Shown here piece by piece: positions 33,065 through 43,980 of a stretch of 64,000 nucleotides of DNA. Where the stretch lies: NCBI GenBank assembly GCA_029953675.1, contig JAMWBK010000009.1:1-64000 (forward strand). The letters are read 5' to 3'. How positions within the stretch are numbered: the first letter of the stretch is position 1; each line of letters begins with the position of its first letter. Made by a program: the position numbers and the translations under genes. The DNA comes from Rhodosorus marinus CCMP1338 (lineage: Eukaryota > Plantae > Rhodophyta). The notes beneath the pieces are model-generated. The model did not search any database and had not been told where the DNA came from. It was given only the letters and a program-made list of their open reading frames with translations.

Positions 33065-34850
33065 CCTCAGACTAACGTAACCGTAAGCTTTACGGGGCAG
33101 CTGCCTACTGCTGCGCAACACTACGTCTAATCCTATCCAGGGAAAAACTTACTGGAACCCCGCTACCGGGGTCTCATGCTACGTTCAAAAGAAAAGACAG
33201 GCACCAGCGGATTCTCCAACTGGTCCACGCGCAAAGCGCCTAGTGCTATCTCCGCGTTACCTCGCCATAGTTGCCGGTTTATCTGGGATCTCACGTCTCT
33301 CAGCTCCTCACTCCTGTGCGGTAGGTGTTTGCAGCTGTCGCGGAGGAACTCTTGTGCCATTTGCCCCGTACGCCCAAACGTCTCTATCGCTATCGGGATG
33401 AACTTGTCATCCGGTTTCTCGATCACCATCGCTTCCTTGTAGTGAGCGATTTTCCACTTCTCCGCAGCTCTCGCCGCGTATCCGCTATCATCTTGGCTCC
33501 GCCGCAAATAGTTTCCCTGTAATGGTGACACCACGGTCACATCCAGCGCATACCTTTGTTTGGTCCTCGGATGCCTAGCAACGATATCAGGTCGCAGTCC
33601 GTAGCTCTCGAAGTACCCCTCAGGTTCTTGCTCTACGTCCATGAAGTTCCATCGCCTCAGCCACCGTGCCAGCTCTCTGCAGATTTCGTCGTGCCTACGT
33701 TGCCACAGTCCAGTTGATGTTGGGCAGTGATGAAACCGTTGTACCCCAGTCCTTCCGTGTTTACTCCGGCAACTAGTGCACTTCTCGGTGGTCCGCAATC
33801 CCGGAATTGGCAGCCCCAGCAGTTGTCGAACGTTTACCTGCATCTCAACCCCACTCATTTTTTTCGGTGTCAGCGTTGGTACTTCACGCAGCCAGACTCC
33901 CGACCCGGATCCCGCGGCGGACCGTATTCGAGCTCGGTTTTCAGTGGAGATTCGTGGGTTGGTGACCAAGCTTTGGAATGCACAATGGTGTGCCTCTCGA
34001 GAGAGGGTTTGTTGTATTGAACCATTATTCCAAGCTGCAGTCTCGCCCGGTGCGCTTCGAAGAGACATTTCGCGCGGTTGTTGCAGGGTAGTCAGTGCCA
34101 AGATCCGCGGTGGGGTTTCTGGTCCTAGCCTCTGTTGTATTGCTCGCGACGATGCACAGATCTGGTCCGCCAGCTGTGAAGTCGACCATCGTTGATCCAT
34201 CGGCTCGTATGTGTCTGGTGAGCGTTCTGCCGAAACCTCCCGCTCTAGTTCAGTCAGGTATGGCCATTCATCTTCATTGTTCCCGAAGGTGTTTCTCCAT
34301 GACGAGTAAAACGCGATGGGTTGGACGCGCTTTCGAGTAGCGAAACCCAACCCTCCCCAGCGGCAAGGCAGAGCGATTTGGTCCGAGATCAGCTCTGCGT
34401 ACTCGTCGTCCTCTACAGCTGTCGTAGCGAGGCCTCCGAATAGAATTTCCAGATGATATCTGGTCATCACATCCGCCTCGCGTGCCAGAGTTCTTCCAAA
34501 CTCGTATGCGAGGCATCGTAGAACATAGTCTAGTCGCGTTTCCGCACAGAACCTGAAGAGGGCAATTTGCGTCGTAAGCTCCGTTTGTGGAAGCTTGGCA
34601 ATTTCCTCAAAGAGTTTCTCATGCTTATTTTGCAACCCCCGGCACTCCTGTTCGATATATTCTCGGCTGCCTATCGGTATCGAGTGGATGGTGACTCCGT
34701 CTCTGGTCACTTGCACTCCAGGGATCTCATGATTGACCATTCGCGTGGTAGTCAGTGTTCGCCCGTACACAGTGGAGTTGCCGAGTTGCAGGCGTGCTCC
34801 AAGAGAGGGGAGCACAGTTCTTGCCCATGCCAGGGATGCCTTCAAGGCTT
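33065..34850 (-). mobile_element. 5'-truncated family C copy joined tail-to-tail to the preceding element
   Basis: ORF 33163-34845 is the reverse-complement match of ~31290-32974. Confidence 0.93.
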
Positions 34851-35139
34851 GTAGTGATGGACGCTGTCCTTGAATAGAGTAGGCCGCACAATTCCATTTT
34901 TCACGCGTTAGTGCAAGTGCGACTCACAACTGTGCGGCGGGCACCTATTGGATTCATTTCATTTGCACTGGGATCTGAACTGCTTATGAACTCCATGCAC
35001 GACTAACTCATCTTCAGCGGTGAACTGGCAGTGGATTACCCTGTTTCTTCGATTCGTTAACCACGAGGCAACTATTTCAGATACATTGCCCAGAACGGAA
35101 TGTCCTCTACCTGGGGTTGCCAATGCCCTAAAGTGCAAA

Positions 35140-35230
35140 AATTGTAAAGCGTAAAAATTGTAAAGTGGAAATAGTGTAAAGTGTTAAATGTGTAAAGTGC
35201 TAAAAGTGTAAAAAGTGTAAAGTGAAAATA
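35140..35230. repeat. Degenerate minisatellite built on GTAAAGTG/TAAAAATT
   Basis: aaagtgcaaaaattgtaaagcgtaaaaattgtaaagtggaaatagtgtaaagtgttaaatgtgtaaagtg... Confidence 0.7.
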
Positions 35231-35591
35231 GTCAGGGCGCAGCGCTGCACATTGACAGTTCTGTCAAACTCCGAGATACACAGCTCTTGCAGTCTACGGT
35301 GACAGTAGAGAGCGCATCATCTTGCAAGAAAAATGCTGGGGTGGGGTTTGGTCCGCCATCTTGGCGATTGGAAGCAAGGAAGTACGTGGGTTACTTCGGG
35401 GTCGCAGACTGGCTTTTAGACCGGAAAGTACCTGGAACCTGCAAGAAAACGCATCAACGGCAGTTTCGCATCCCATACATGACACTCCGTTTAGCCAATG
35501 CAGTTAACAAACAGTGCAGAGCTTAGTCAATTCTACTCCCTCACTAAATCAGAGATCGACGTCGTGATACTGGCTTGCGAGTGATATCTCT

Positions 35592-35658
35592 TCCCTAGTT
35601 ATTAGTTCATCTTCACGCCTTGCGTAGCGCTTCAGGCTATGCTAGTAAAGTCCAGTCC
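35592..35658 (+). mobile_element. 67-bp 5'-truncated family A insertion with a 12-bp target-site duplication
   Basis: Insert equals the family A 3' end; flanked by agtgatatctct at 35580-35591 and 35659-35670. Confidence 0.92.
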
Positions 35659-35907
35659 AGTGATATCTCTGGCGCCCAATGCTCTGCCCCTAAATTTGCT
35701 CGAATGCGCTTCTCGGGTTGTGGTAGTTAAAAAGTGGGCCCGTTAAGAGGAATTGCAGGAGGACGACATAGTCGAGCTTACTCCTATTACTAGTTAAGAA
35801 TGCAGAAGAGCAGCTCAGAGCTGCACACTATAATTGGAAATCTGGGTGCTAATATTCATCAGGAGGCTGAAGTTCTTTTGCAGCGCAGTGGTGAGCGGGG
35901 TAAGACA

Positions 35908-36670
35908 ATGGCAGATGATGAAGAAACGCCTTTGATCCAGGAATTAGCTGAAGACGGTAAGATCTCGAGAGGGGTACTCGTTTTGGTACCTTCCTGTTAG
36001 CGACGAAGGGGGAATTTGGCAGAAACTTCTCCTTTGCTAGATGGTCAATATGCCAACAGCTTCTCAAGCATGCTTCTCTTGCCTTACGTGTGCAACTAAG
36101 AAATGCGTGTCCGTTTCGCTGATTGCAACCTTAGAAGCTGGTGAAGAAACAGTTTCCCGAGGGAAACCTAAGAAGGAGAAGAAGAAGAAGTCTAAGCGGC
36201 GCAAGGATGACGATATCAAAACGCACATGTCGAACGAGCGGACTTTTTTCAAATGGCTCTTTTTCGGCTTCCATATTGGCGGATTTGGGACTTTTATCTT
36301 GACGTTCTTCCCTGCGGGCGGAGGGAGAGTTTACGTAGTATTGTTTGTATGGCTCGTGGCATTTTTCTTCATGTACTATGGCCTGTTCAGATACTTCACT
36401 CGTAGAAGGTGCGTACATGTGCTAGCCGTAGACAAGACTGGAAAACCTATCCTAATGCTGGTAGGGTGTTGCGCGGTGATGGTTTGTTCTGGGTTTTTAC
36501 AGAGCGATGAAGTATGGCGCAGCAAGAGAAGAGGACTGGGATGACCCCATAGCACCAGCGCTAATGACGATTGCGCTTTTTTTAACTGTTGGAGCTATTA
36601 TATTTTACGCAGTGTCCACATCACAGGTATGGCATGGTTTCGATGATACACAACTTCAGTCTTCCAGTAA
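35908..36670 (+). CDS. VTC1-like / DUF202 small membrane protein (spliced; 3' end uncertain)
   Basis: IKTHMSNERTFFKW motif plus three hydrophobic segments; GT-AG introns at ~35958-36132 and ~36410-36500 join the frames. Confidence 0.7.
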
Positions 36671-36949
36671 GAGCGCTAGATTAACGGGACGCTTAGCTTA
36701 CAACGAAAATTGGTCCTCCCTCTGTCCCGTCTATCACAGCTGCCATCAAAGAGCGGCTGGAGGAATCCAGACAAACCGTAGTTGGAGCGCATTCGCGAAG
36801 ACGGTGGGTGAGCAGCTTCCGCATGATGAAGAAGAGCTGTCAACTGCTTCCGACGTGGTCATGGCAGGATTTGAGATCCTCTTTTCCCATGCAATGGTCT
36901 TGGCACTGGCGAAAGAGGATCAAAGTCGAATCGTGTTGCTGGACCGTCC

Positions 36950-37708
36950 TCAGCTTTCCTGACGTCCATATTCTAGGTTCAGAACGAAGAGGAATGAGAT
37001 TTTGCTCAGGAGTAGTTCGTCCTTTTGCGTCGTTGTGCCGATGGTCGTAAATGTCAAACGCACCTTGCTCGTCCCGGGACCGAACGAGTCAAAAGGAGAC
37101 TCGAAGAAAACGAAAACTCGTCGACGATTTCGAAGAACGGGAACCTTCGCAAATCGGAGCTTTTTCCGGATTCCCTCCATTCTTAGTTTATTTGCGCCGA
37201 GGTCAGTTCCTCCTCCGCGGCGGTTGGATCGAAACTGAATTAGGTTATCCCCAGGTGTAAAATAGAACTCGGCATCGTCCACATTTCCGAGGGCATCGAA
37301 GAACTCGATGAGGATGTATCCGCTTCTTGACGTAATTACCCTAGAAGTATACTCAGTTTCTAACAATCGCTCGAGCCGGATCTGCGCGGATGAGCTGGTC
37401 CCATCATATTCCCATGGCTCGTGAAAATGGAGTGGAGCATCATCCTGAGAGCTCACGCAAGAAAAGCTGTCCTCTGGGCAATCCGCTAATAGTCCATCAA
37501 CAATGCCTAGGCATTCTGGGCAATTTCCGTCAATGGGTGGTGCAGGAGCAGCCCCGACCAAAACCATTGAGGTCGCCGCTCCTAGGACGGCCTTCTTTGC
37601 AAAGCCGATCGCTGTCGTGGACAGATCCATTCGGCAACATACGCTAGCACCGGCCACCGCGCGTGTTCTGGGCAACAAGTGCATCAACGCCTGAAAAGAC
37701 AATACCAT
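36950..37708 (-). CDS. DUF1499 family protein, probably plastid-targeted (C-terminal splice likely)
   Basis: CP....CVSSQ, PW.Y, VDDAEFYF, IQFRS.RR.G..DLGANK.R.E.IR; N-terminal transit-like region. Confidence 0.75.
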   Translation of the reverse strand: MVLSFQALMHLLPRTRAVAGASVCCRMDLSTTAIGFAKKAVLGAATSMVLVGAAPAPPIDGNCPECLGIVDGLLADCPEDSFSCVSSQDDAPLHFHEPWEYDGTSSSAQIRLERLLETEYTSRVITSRSGYILIEFFDALGNVDDAEFYFTPGDNLIQFRSNRRGGGTDLGANKLRMEGIRKKLRFAKVPVLRNRRRVFVFFESPFDSFGPGTSKVRLTFTTIGTTTQKDELLLSKISFLFVLNLEYGRQES

Positions 37709-38597
37709 TCCTCCAAGTAACTTACATGCCTATTCCTTCCCGTACCCAAGTAAGAAATCCCTCATAACATTTGGTCATGTTCTCTCCTGCAACCCATGCC
37801 CGAGGTTAATTCTCTTACCAGCCAGGATACAGGAACAATCTATAGAGAAAGCTCACGCCTTGATTTCGTTGTAAATGAAGCATTTAATATTCCGATATTC
37901 GGCACATCGGGCCGGAATGGAGACGGTATTGCTTATCCGGGACTACGTAGAAAGAAAGGAACGGAGCCTGAAATTGGAATGGAATTGGTCTACAGCAGTT
38001 TTTTCCCCGAAAGTAACTTGAAAGACCACCGCCGTGGAAGGCAGGTTTTTCGGTCCAAAGCAAGTTGTGTCCTAGGCTAGCCATGCTTTCCGGGTCCTCC
38101 CGTACGAGCTTGCGGTGTTTGTATTAGCGACAGAAGCGGTCTCTGCTTTGCCTTGATTATTGAGGATACGGAAATACATGCGTTAGCGATAGAGGAGCAG
38201 TCGCGAGAGGTACAAACTAAGGCCGCCCGGAAGACCTCCACCGTTCTTCTCGTACTGACCTTCAAACGGGAACAGATGTCGTTTCCAATTTTCCGTAATC
38301 TCGCATAGGATTGGGAGCCAAGTTGTATCCATCCGTGATCAATATCAAAACTTTTACGCTCATGTCAACAATGAGACTAACGGAGGCTCATTGAACCGAA
38401 AGAGTTCATTGTCATCAAGCAAAGAAATCTGTGCACGCAAACACATAAAATACTCCCATCTGTCTCAACTCCAGGATTCGCAAGGGCTCCATAACAGATC
38501 TCGAGCAGGCATCTCGGACCGCCCCGCCGAAGAAACAGTGTCACAGTACCAATGAAGCGCGTTCCCCTTGAGCACGCGGCTCCCGCACTATATTGAA

Positions 38598-39790
38598 CTA
38601 GTACGCTATGACACTCTCGAGCTCCGAGATTTGAACCTCCAAAGTTGTCTTCTCCTTGTCAAGGTGCTCAGACAGTTCACTAAGGTATCTCACCAAAAGG
38701 TCCTGCTTGTGTGGTTCCCCATACGGCCACTTCTCATAGAAGTCTGACTCAACCTTAGTCTCGGTTATTCTTGCTATCCTATCTTCCCTGTCTTTCCTCA
38801 TCTCCGCGAACTGGTTTAACTTCTCCTCTCTCTCTCGCGTCTCCGCTGCAAGTTGCATCGCCTTCCTGGCTTCTGCCCGTCTGCGTTCCTCAGATTTGGC
38901 AAGCTTGGATTCCTCCTCAGATTTCATTTCCATCTCCTAGCCGACCCGACACAGAAAACGCAACAGATTTAGAAAAGTGATGCAGCATCCCGCACACCAA
39001 TATCCATGGCTCGTACACCATTCATTGCTATTCACGGGCAGAACTCAGTGGCTTGAGAATTTCGCTCTAGTCGACAACTCGCACCTTGAACTTTGCTAGC
39101 AACGCGGAAACGTTTCCCTTCTCTTCTTCATCGACGAAGATTGTTCTTGGCGGACTCGCCGGATCTTGTCCAACTTGTGATGACTCCGCGGGTTCTGGAC
39201 TTTCTGCACTCCGAGCGTGCGAGTCAGCCACGACATCCGTTATAATTTCTGCAGCAACCTCCCCGTCCTCTTGGATTTCTATCTCGATTTCTCCTACCTC
39301 GATTTCTTCGACTGTCGCAACCTCGACCCCATTGATCTGCTCTGAGGCTCCAGTCCCTTTGGAAAGGTTTCCAAGGACACGATTGTTCTCCATATCCAGC
39401 ATTTGCTGTTTCGTGCAGGCGAATGAACAAGGAGGACAAGTCAGAACTGAAAATGAGAAGGAGGGATCAACTAAGAACTGGAGTAATCGTAGTTTCAAAA
39501 AAAAAAGTGCTAACCTTTTCTGTATACAACGAGCTCTTTGCATCCGATATCTTTCCAGTTGCTATGTCGGGCACTATCTCACGCTTTATTTCCTTCTCAA
39601 AGGCTTCCGGTCCTGCTCGGAAGGCTTCAAACGCCTTGGCGGTTGTGTCTTCGGCCAGAGCTAGCTCTTTCAAGTCCCTCATCCTTTCCTTAAGCTTTCC
39701 GACAGCAAGACCCTTCTCCTTGACTTCTTTGCGCAGCCCCAGAATCTGAGGAGATTCCTTGTTCATAGCTTTCATTCTGACCGACATCGT
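38598..39790 (-). CDS. Hypothetical three-exon coiled-coil/acidic protein
   Basis: Charged helical ORF pieces 39467-39802, 39067-39400 and 38598-38933, linked by plausible GT-AG introns. Confidence 0.55.
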
Positions 39791-40289
39791 ATGCGCCCCC
39801 AAAAGATCGCCTTGTGAGATCAGTTACTGTACTAGGAAAAAGAAAACAAGGCAAAGGTCTACTTCACTTATGAATGCAACTTCGTCTATACTGCTAGCTA
39901 TGACGTCAGAAAGACTCCCCTGCTGTCAATGCGCCTTCACCTATAGCATGCATTCGCCGACGCCAATATGCAAAATGTCCCGGCCCATGTCAAAGCTTTC
40001 TAAACGCTGCCACTACGCTCAGAAAGGTCCGAAATTGGTAGGAAGCATCCACAAACGAATTTTTCTGATAAAACAATAGAAATTCATTTGTTCCATTTTC
40101 AAAATCCAGAATTTTGCATTCTCGTAGTGTATTGGGAATACAAACACACGATGTTCGATTTTTTTACGAATCGAGTATAACGACTAGTTCCGGCTGGAAC
40201 TAGTGTTGTCATGGGCCGTCGGATATTGCTTATCGTGAGACGGTCCGATAAATTTTCGGGGTGGATAGACTATTGAAAAACACTATAAA

Positions 40290-41480
40290 ATAATTAGCAG
40301 ATGATTGAAATTTTCGCAAAAACAGGTCCGATTGCCCGTCCGATAAGTCCGTCCGATAAATCGTCCCCATATTCAATCAACGTTAGTCTAATAATCAATC
40401 ATCTCCGGTCCAGGTATTGGAGTCATGATTACTTCTTGTATAGAAAGCCCTCACCTCGCATATCATGAATCATGATTGCTTCTCGGAATGACAAGCTGCT
40501 ACGAGCATGCAATGAATCATGATTACTTCTGAACTCAGCAGGCTGTCATAGCATTGGTTGAGAAGCAGAAGCGAGAACCACCCCAATTGCGATCCCACCG
40601 AAAGAGCATAACGTTGCGTCTTGAAGAAAATCGACCTTAGCCGATTCGGCGCACAAACAGCCCGGAAAAAGATGAAAAGCAGAATCGGTCGTTTTCGGAT
40701 TATTTATCAGACAAAGCCTTCGTTTTTTCTTTTCTATTCAGGTCCGATAAATTCATATCGGACGGAAGTCCGCAGAAAATTCATTCTAGTATTACTAAAT
40801 ACAGGTCCAATAAACGTTTATCGGACGTAATCGGACGTTTCGCATCTACCATTTGTATCAGTATAAAAAAAAAGGCAATACTGATTGGGCTTGAACTACC
40901 TCAAGCGTAATAATTCTTACGGGGAACAATGCTCCGCAACAGCAAAAAAATGTTTGCAGGTGTCATATTCTGCTCCTAAAAAAGGGCCGATTGCGTCCCA
41001 TATTTATCCCAATCTCTGATATAGGCTTGTCGGACAAAAGCACTGCGTAATAATTAGGAGGGTTTCTCCTCGGTGTCCGACGTACATGTATCAGACTTGA
41101 ATTAATATACGAAACAAGGTTCTAATTCTGATAACGTCCAACATTCTTCAATCAACGAAGGCTATTGATTGGAGTTCAATCTTCTTCTCCATCAGCTGTG
41201 TTCGTGCGCGGTCTTCCCCATGAAGTTCCTGGCTTCTTCAACAATCTTGGAGTGCTTCCAAAATTCTGAATCTGGGTTTTCTCAAAAATATTCGAAAGTG
41301 TTTGACAGCCTGTCGAACTCAGAACTAGTAATGATTCAATACTACTTGGGGCCTTTTGAGATATTGGATTACAAAGCTAACCTTAATTGAACATTAGTAG
41401 ACATTAGATGTTTTATCGGACCGCTTATCAGACCGGTAATCGGACACGTGTTTTGGAAGGATTTCAACAAGATACAGCTT
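40290..41480. mobile_element. Degenerate DNA-transposon/MITE-like element with inverted subterminal GTCCGAT motif clusters
   Basis: Cluster at 40320-40365 (gtccgattgcccgtccgataagtccgtccgataaa) is inverted at 41410-41450 (tttatcggaccgcttatcagaccggtaatcggac). Confidence 0.55.
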
Positions 41481-42413
41481 AAATATATACGGTTTGCAAT
41501 TGTCTATCCCACCAAAAAATTCCTAGCATCAGTCCGATAGCTTTTGTCAGACGGTTTATGCCCCATTTGCAGAAGTAGGGGCCTTCAACCCCCCAAAAAA
41601 AAGTATATAGTATATACTATATATTATATAATATACGATATTGGCTTTCCTTACTATATTTTTTCCGGTCTACACAAACCCCTCCTACAAGTATTGGAAG
41701 CAATCGTTGACAAACCACTACTTCCGGATTCGTCAAAATAAGTAACGACGAAACGAGCAGAAACAAAAAAGCAGGGGGGTTACATGGGGGAGCCGCAACT
41801 GGCGAAAGGCGTGAACTGGATAGACTGAAGATGGTGTACGCTGGAGGTGGCCAATTCGGATTTTGCCGTTTGGCCTGAATTCAAGATGTAAGGGATAGTG
41901 TACCATCAGTGAGAGCTTTGAGAGGAAATTCGAGCAAAACCAGCCTCCCATTCGGTTTTTTATGAACTGTTGATTTCCACGCCCCATGGAACATATATTT
42001 TATCTTTATTTGTAGACGCGCGTTATCAGCGTCTCGTCTCTCGCTTCTCAGGGTAGTTAGGCTCTGAATAAACGGATCATCGAACATTCAATGAATTTGT
42101 TTAACATTGGAGCTCAGGAACAAGGCTGAAGACTGCTCTCTTATCCTATTCGCACCTACCGTTGGCAGGAAGGGGAGAAAACCAGTTCCCTAGTCAAGAG
42201 AATATTGACTCCGTAAATCGGATAAAAATGAAGTGATTGATGGTACAATTCCAGAGCAGCACAATGAATCATTCCATTAAAAAAACATGGAAAGGACGCG
42301 GCATAGGGAGCCTAGCATACTAGACCTCAAGAGCTCCTTCCAACAGCTTGTTTTCCCCCAGCTCTTTTCCCGCATGAGGGCCCCCCCTTTTACTCCTGCT
42401 GCGCTTCTACTAC

Positions 42414-42449
42414 TGCGAGAGGTCCCGGGTTCGATTCCCGGAATTCCCC
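42414..42449 (+). pseudogene. 3' half of a tRNA-Pro-like gene (anticodon stem 3' strand, V loop, T arm, acceptor 3' strand)
   Basis: tgcgag-aggtc-ccggg-ttcgatt-cccgg-aattccc-c follows the eukaryotic tRNA-Pro 3' pattern; no 5' half is found upstream. Confidence 0.6.
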
Positions 42450-42479
42450 ACAAACTTTACGGGCAGCTGGTCTCGGAGC

Positions 42480-43980
42480 TCCGTCGGTTGCCTCGTGGCT
42501 TCCTGCATTGCTCGTCGTTGCTTTGTCGATATTGCTGCAGTCAGCGGCTCACCTAGTGGTTCCGCTCGCTCCCGACTCAGCGGGTCGGTGGCTGGCAACC
42601 CGTGCCGACGACGAGAGCTTTGGTGAGCTGTGATACTTCTTAGATGAGGAGTTGGGTCATCTTCCGCGCCCCACCCGTGATATCGTTCGTGCCCAATTGG
42701 GCCTACCCCTACGTCTGGGCCGTCTAGACCTCTGTAAACCGAGCTGTTATCCAACCAGCGGCCGTGGTCGGGTCTTGGGGGACCGCCCTCCCTACTTGAA
42801 CGCGTTGAGCGTGTCCAGTTTCCGAAATTTGGAGGTCAGTCTTTCCAGTGGTGATCTACACTCTAGTGCCCCTGAAAGTCCCTGTGGTTTGTTTCTCGAG
42901 GTGCAATCGGCGAAGTCATCATCTGTACCAGTCTCCCTGCCGACCTGCACATACGCTGGCCGGCTGACGAGCCGTTATTGCGCGGGCTCGCTGCCCCGCG
43001 AGCCGACCAGCAGCCAGTCCTGTACCTCCCGCGCTTGATCTTGTGGTGGCTGGGGAAACAGACTTCCCTCGCGATCCTCCTCATGATGGACCAGGCTCTT
43101 GTAGTCGCGTCCCCGCACGCACGGATGAGTTGCAAAACACCTTTTCTTTGGACTTTTCGCGCGGATGGTCTCATTTTCCCGACATCGCGCCCGCCTGCGT
43201 AGTCTTGGGGGTTGTATTAGATCTCAGTGGCTCATGACCGTCCCCGCTTTTCCGCCACTAAATGACACTCACAGATTGCGAAGTGCGCACTTCTCGGCGC
43301 TTCTTGCATCGGCCGCCCGGGCCTTCCGAGATGGGTTCGCCGTGCCCCTATGCTCTCAGAACGAAGACACAGCGTATTTTGGCACCCACATGCTCACCAG
43401 CTGCCCCGCTGTGAAAGACGCCCGAACCCGCCGACATATGCGGATCTTGAACCTCCTATACCGCGAACTTCGGCCTATCGTACGGCAACCAGGTCTTGAA
43501 AGTGAACTTGAGAAGCCCCTGCCTGTCGCAGACTACCAAAATGATGAACGCCGCGCGGCTGACCTCGTGGTCACCTGTGACTATAGCCGCCGTACGACGT
43601 ACGTTGATCTTGTTTCCCCAATCCCCAGGCTATTTACCGGCTGCGGGAGAGCGCGGTGGATTTACTGCTGCCAGTATGAGACGTCGCAGAGAGTTGAAAC
43701 ATGCGGGTGCTTTGTCTTCCCCAGGCATTCGTATTCGGTTCTAGCTCATCTCCTGGTACCTCTGGTCATTGAGTGATTTGGGTTTATGGACTCCGTTGGT
43801 TTTCGTTGGCTTCAGGAAGTGTTCCGCGAACGCCCTGACCGTCTGTCCCCGGTGTTTACCCGTTTTAAGTTTCTTGCTGTGGCGTATGAACGCTGCTTTG
43901 GTGTTGGAGGCGCGCGATCTTCGCCGCGCTTAGTCTTTTTTTTCCCCTCGGGGGTTGCTCTTTCAGTTTCGGATTAAGCA
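42480..43980 (+). mobile_element. Degenerate family E RLE element (ORF2 C-terminal half and tail)
   Basis: RAQLGLPLRLG; HMLTSC....RTRRH; RRAADLVVT..YVD; tail cttagtcttttttttcccctcgggg. Confidence 0.8.

Noticed and set aside
13929-34854. Many 60-190-aa antisense or alternative-frame ORFs over the retroelements
   Set aside because: They recur only because the elements are repeated and GC-rich; there is no independent coding signal.
40381-40390. acgttagtct match to the 16-mer inside the DNA-transposon end
   Set aside because: Only 10 bp, and the sister copy at ~11785 reads aagttaacct, so chance similarity is likely.
42414-42500. Functional circularly permuted tRNA-Pro
   Set aside because: The downstream candidate 5' half pairs at only 4 of 7 acceptor positions and has no D arm or anticodon stem.
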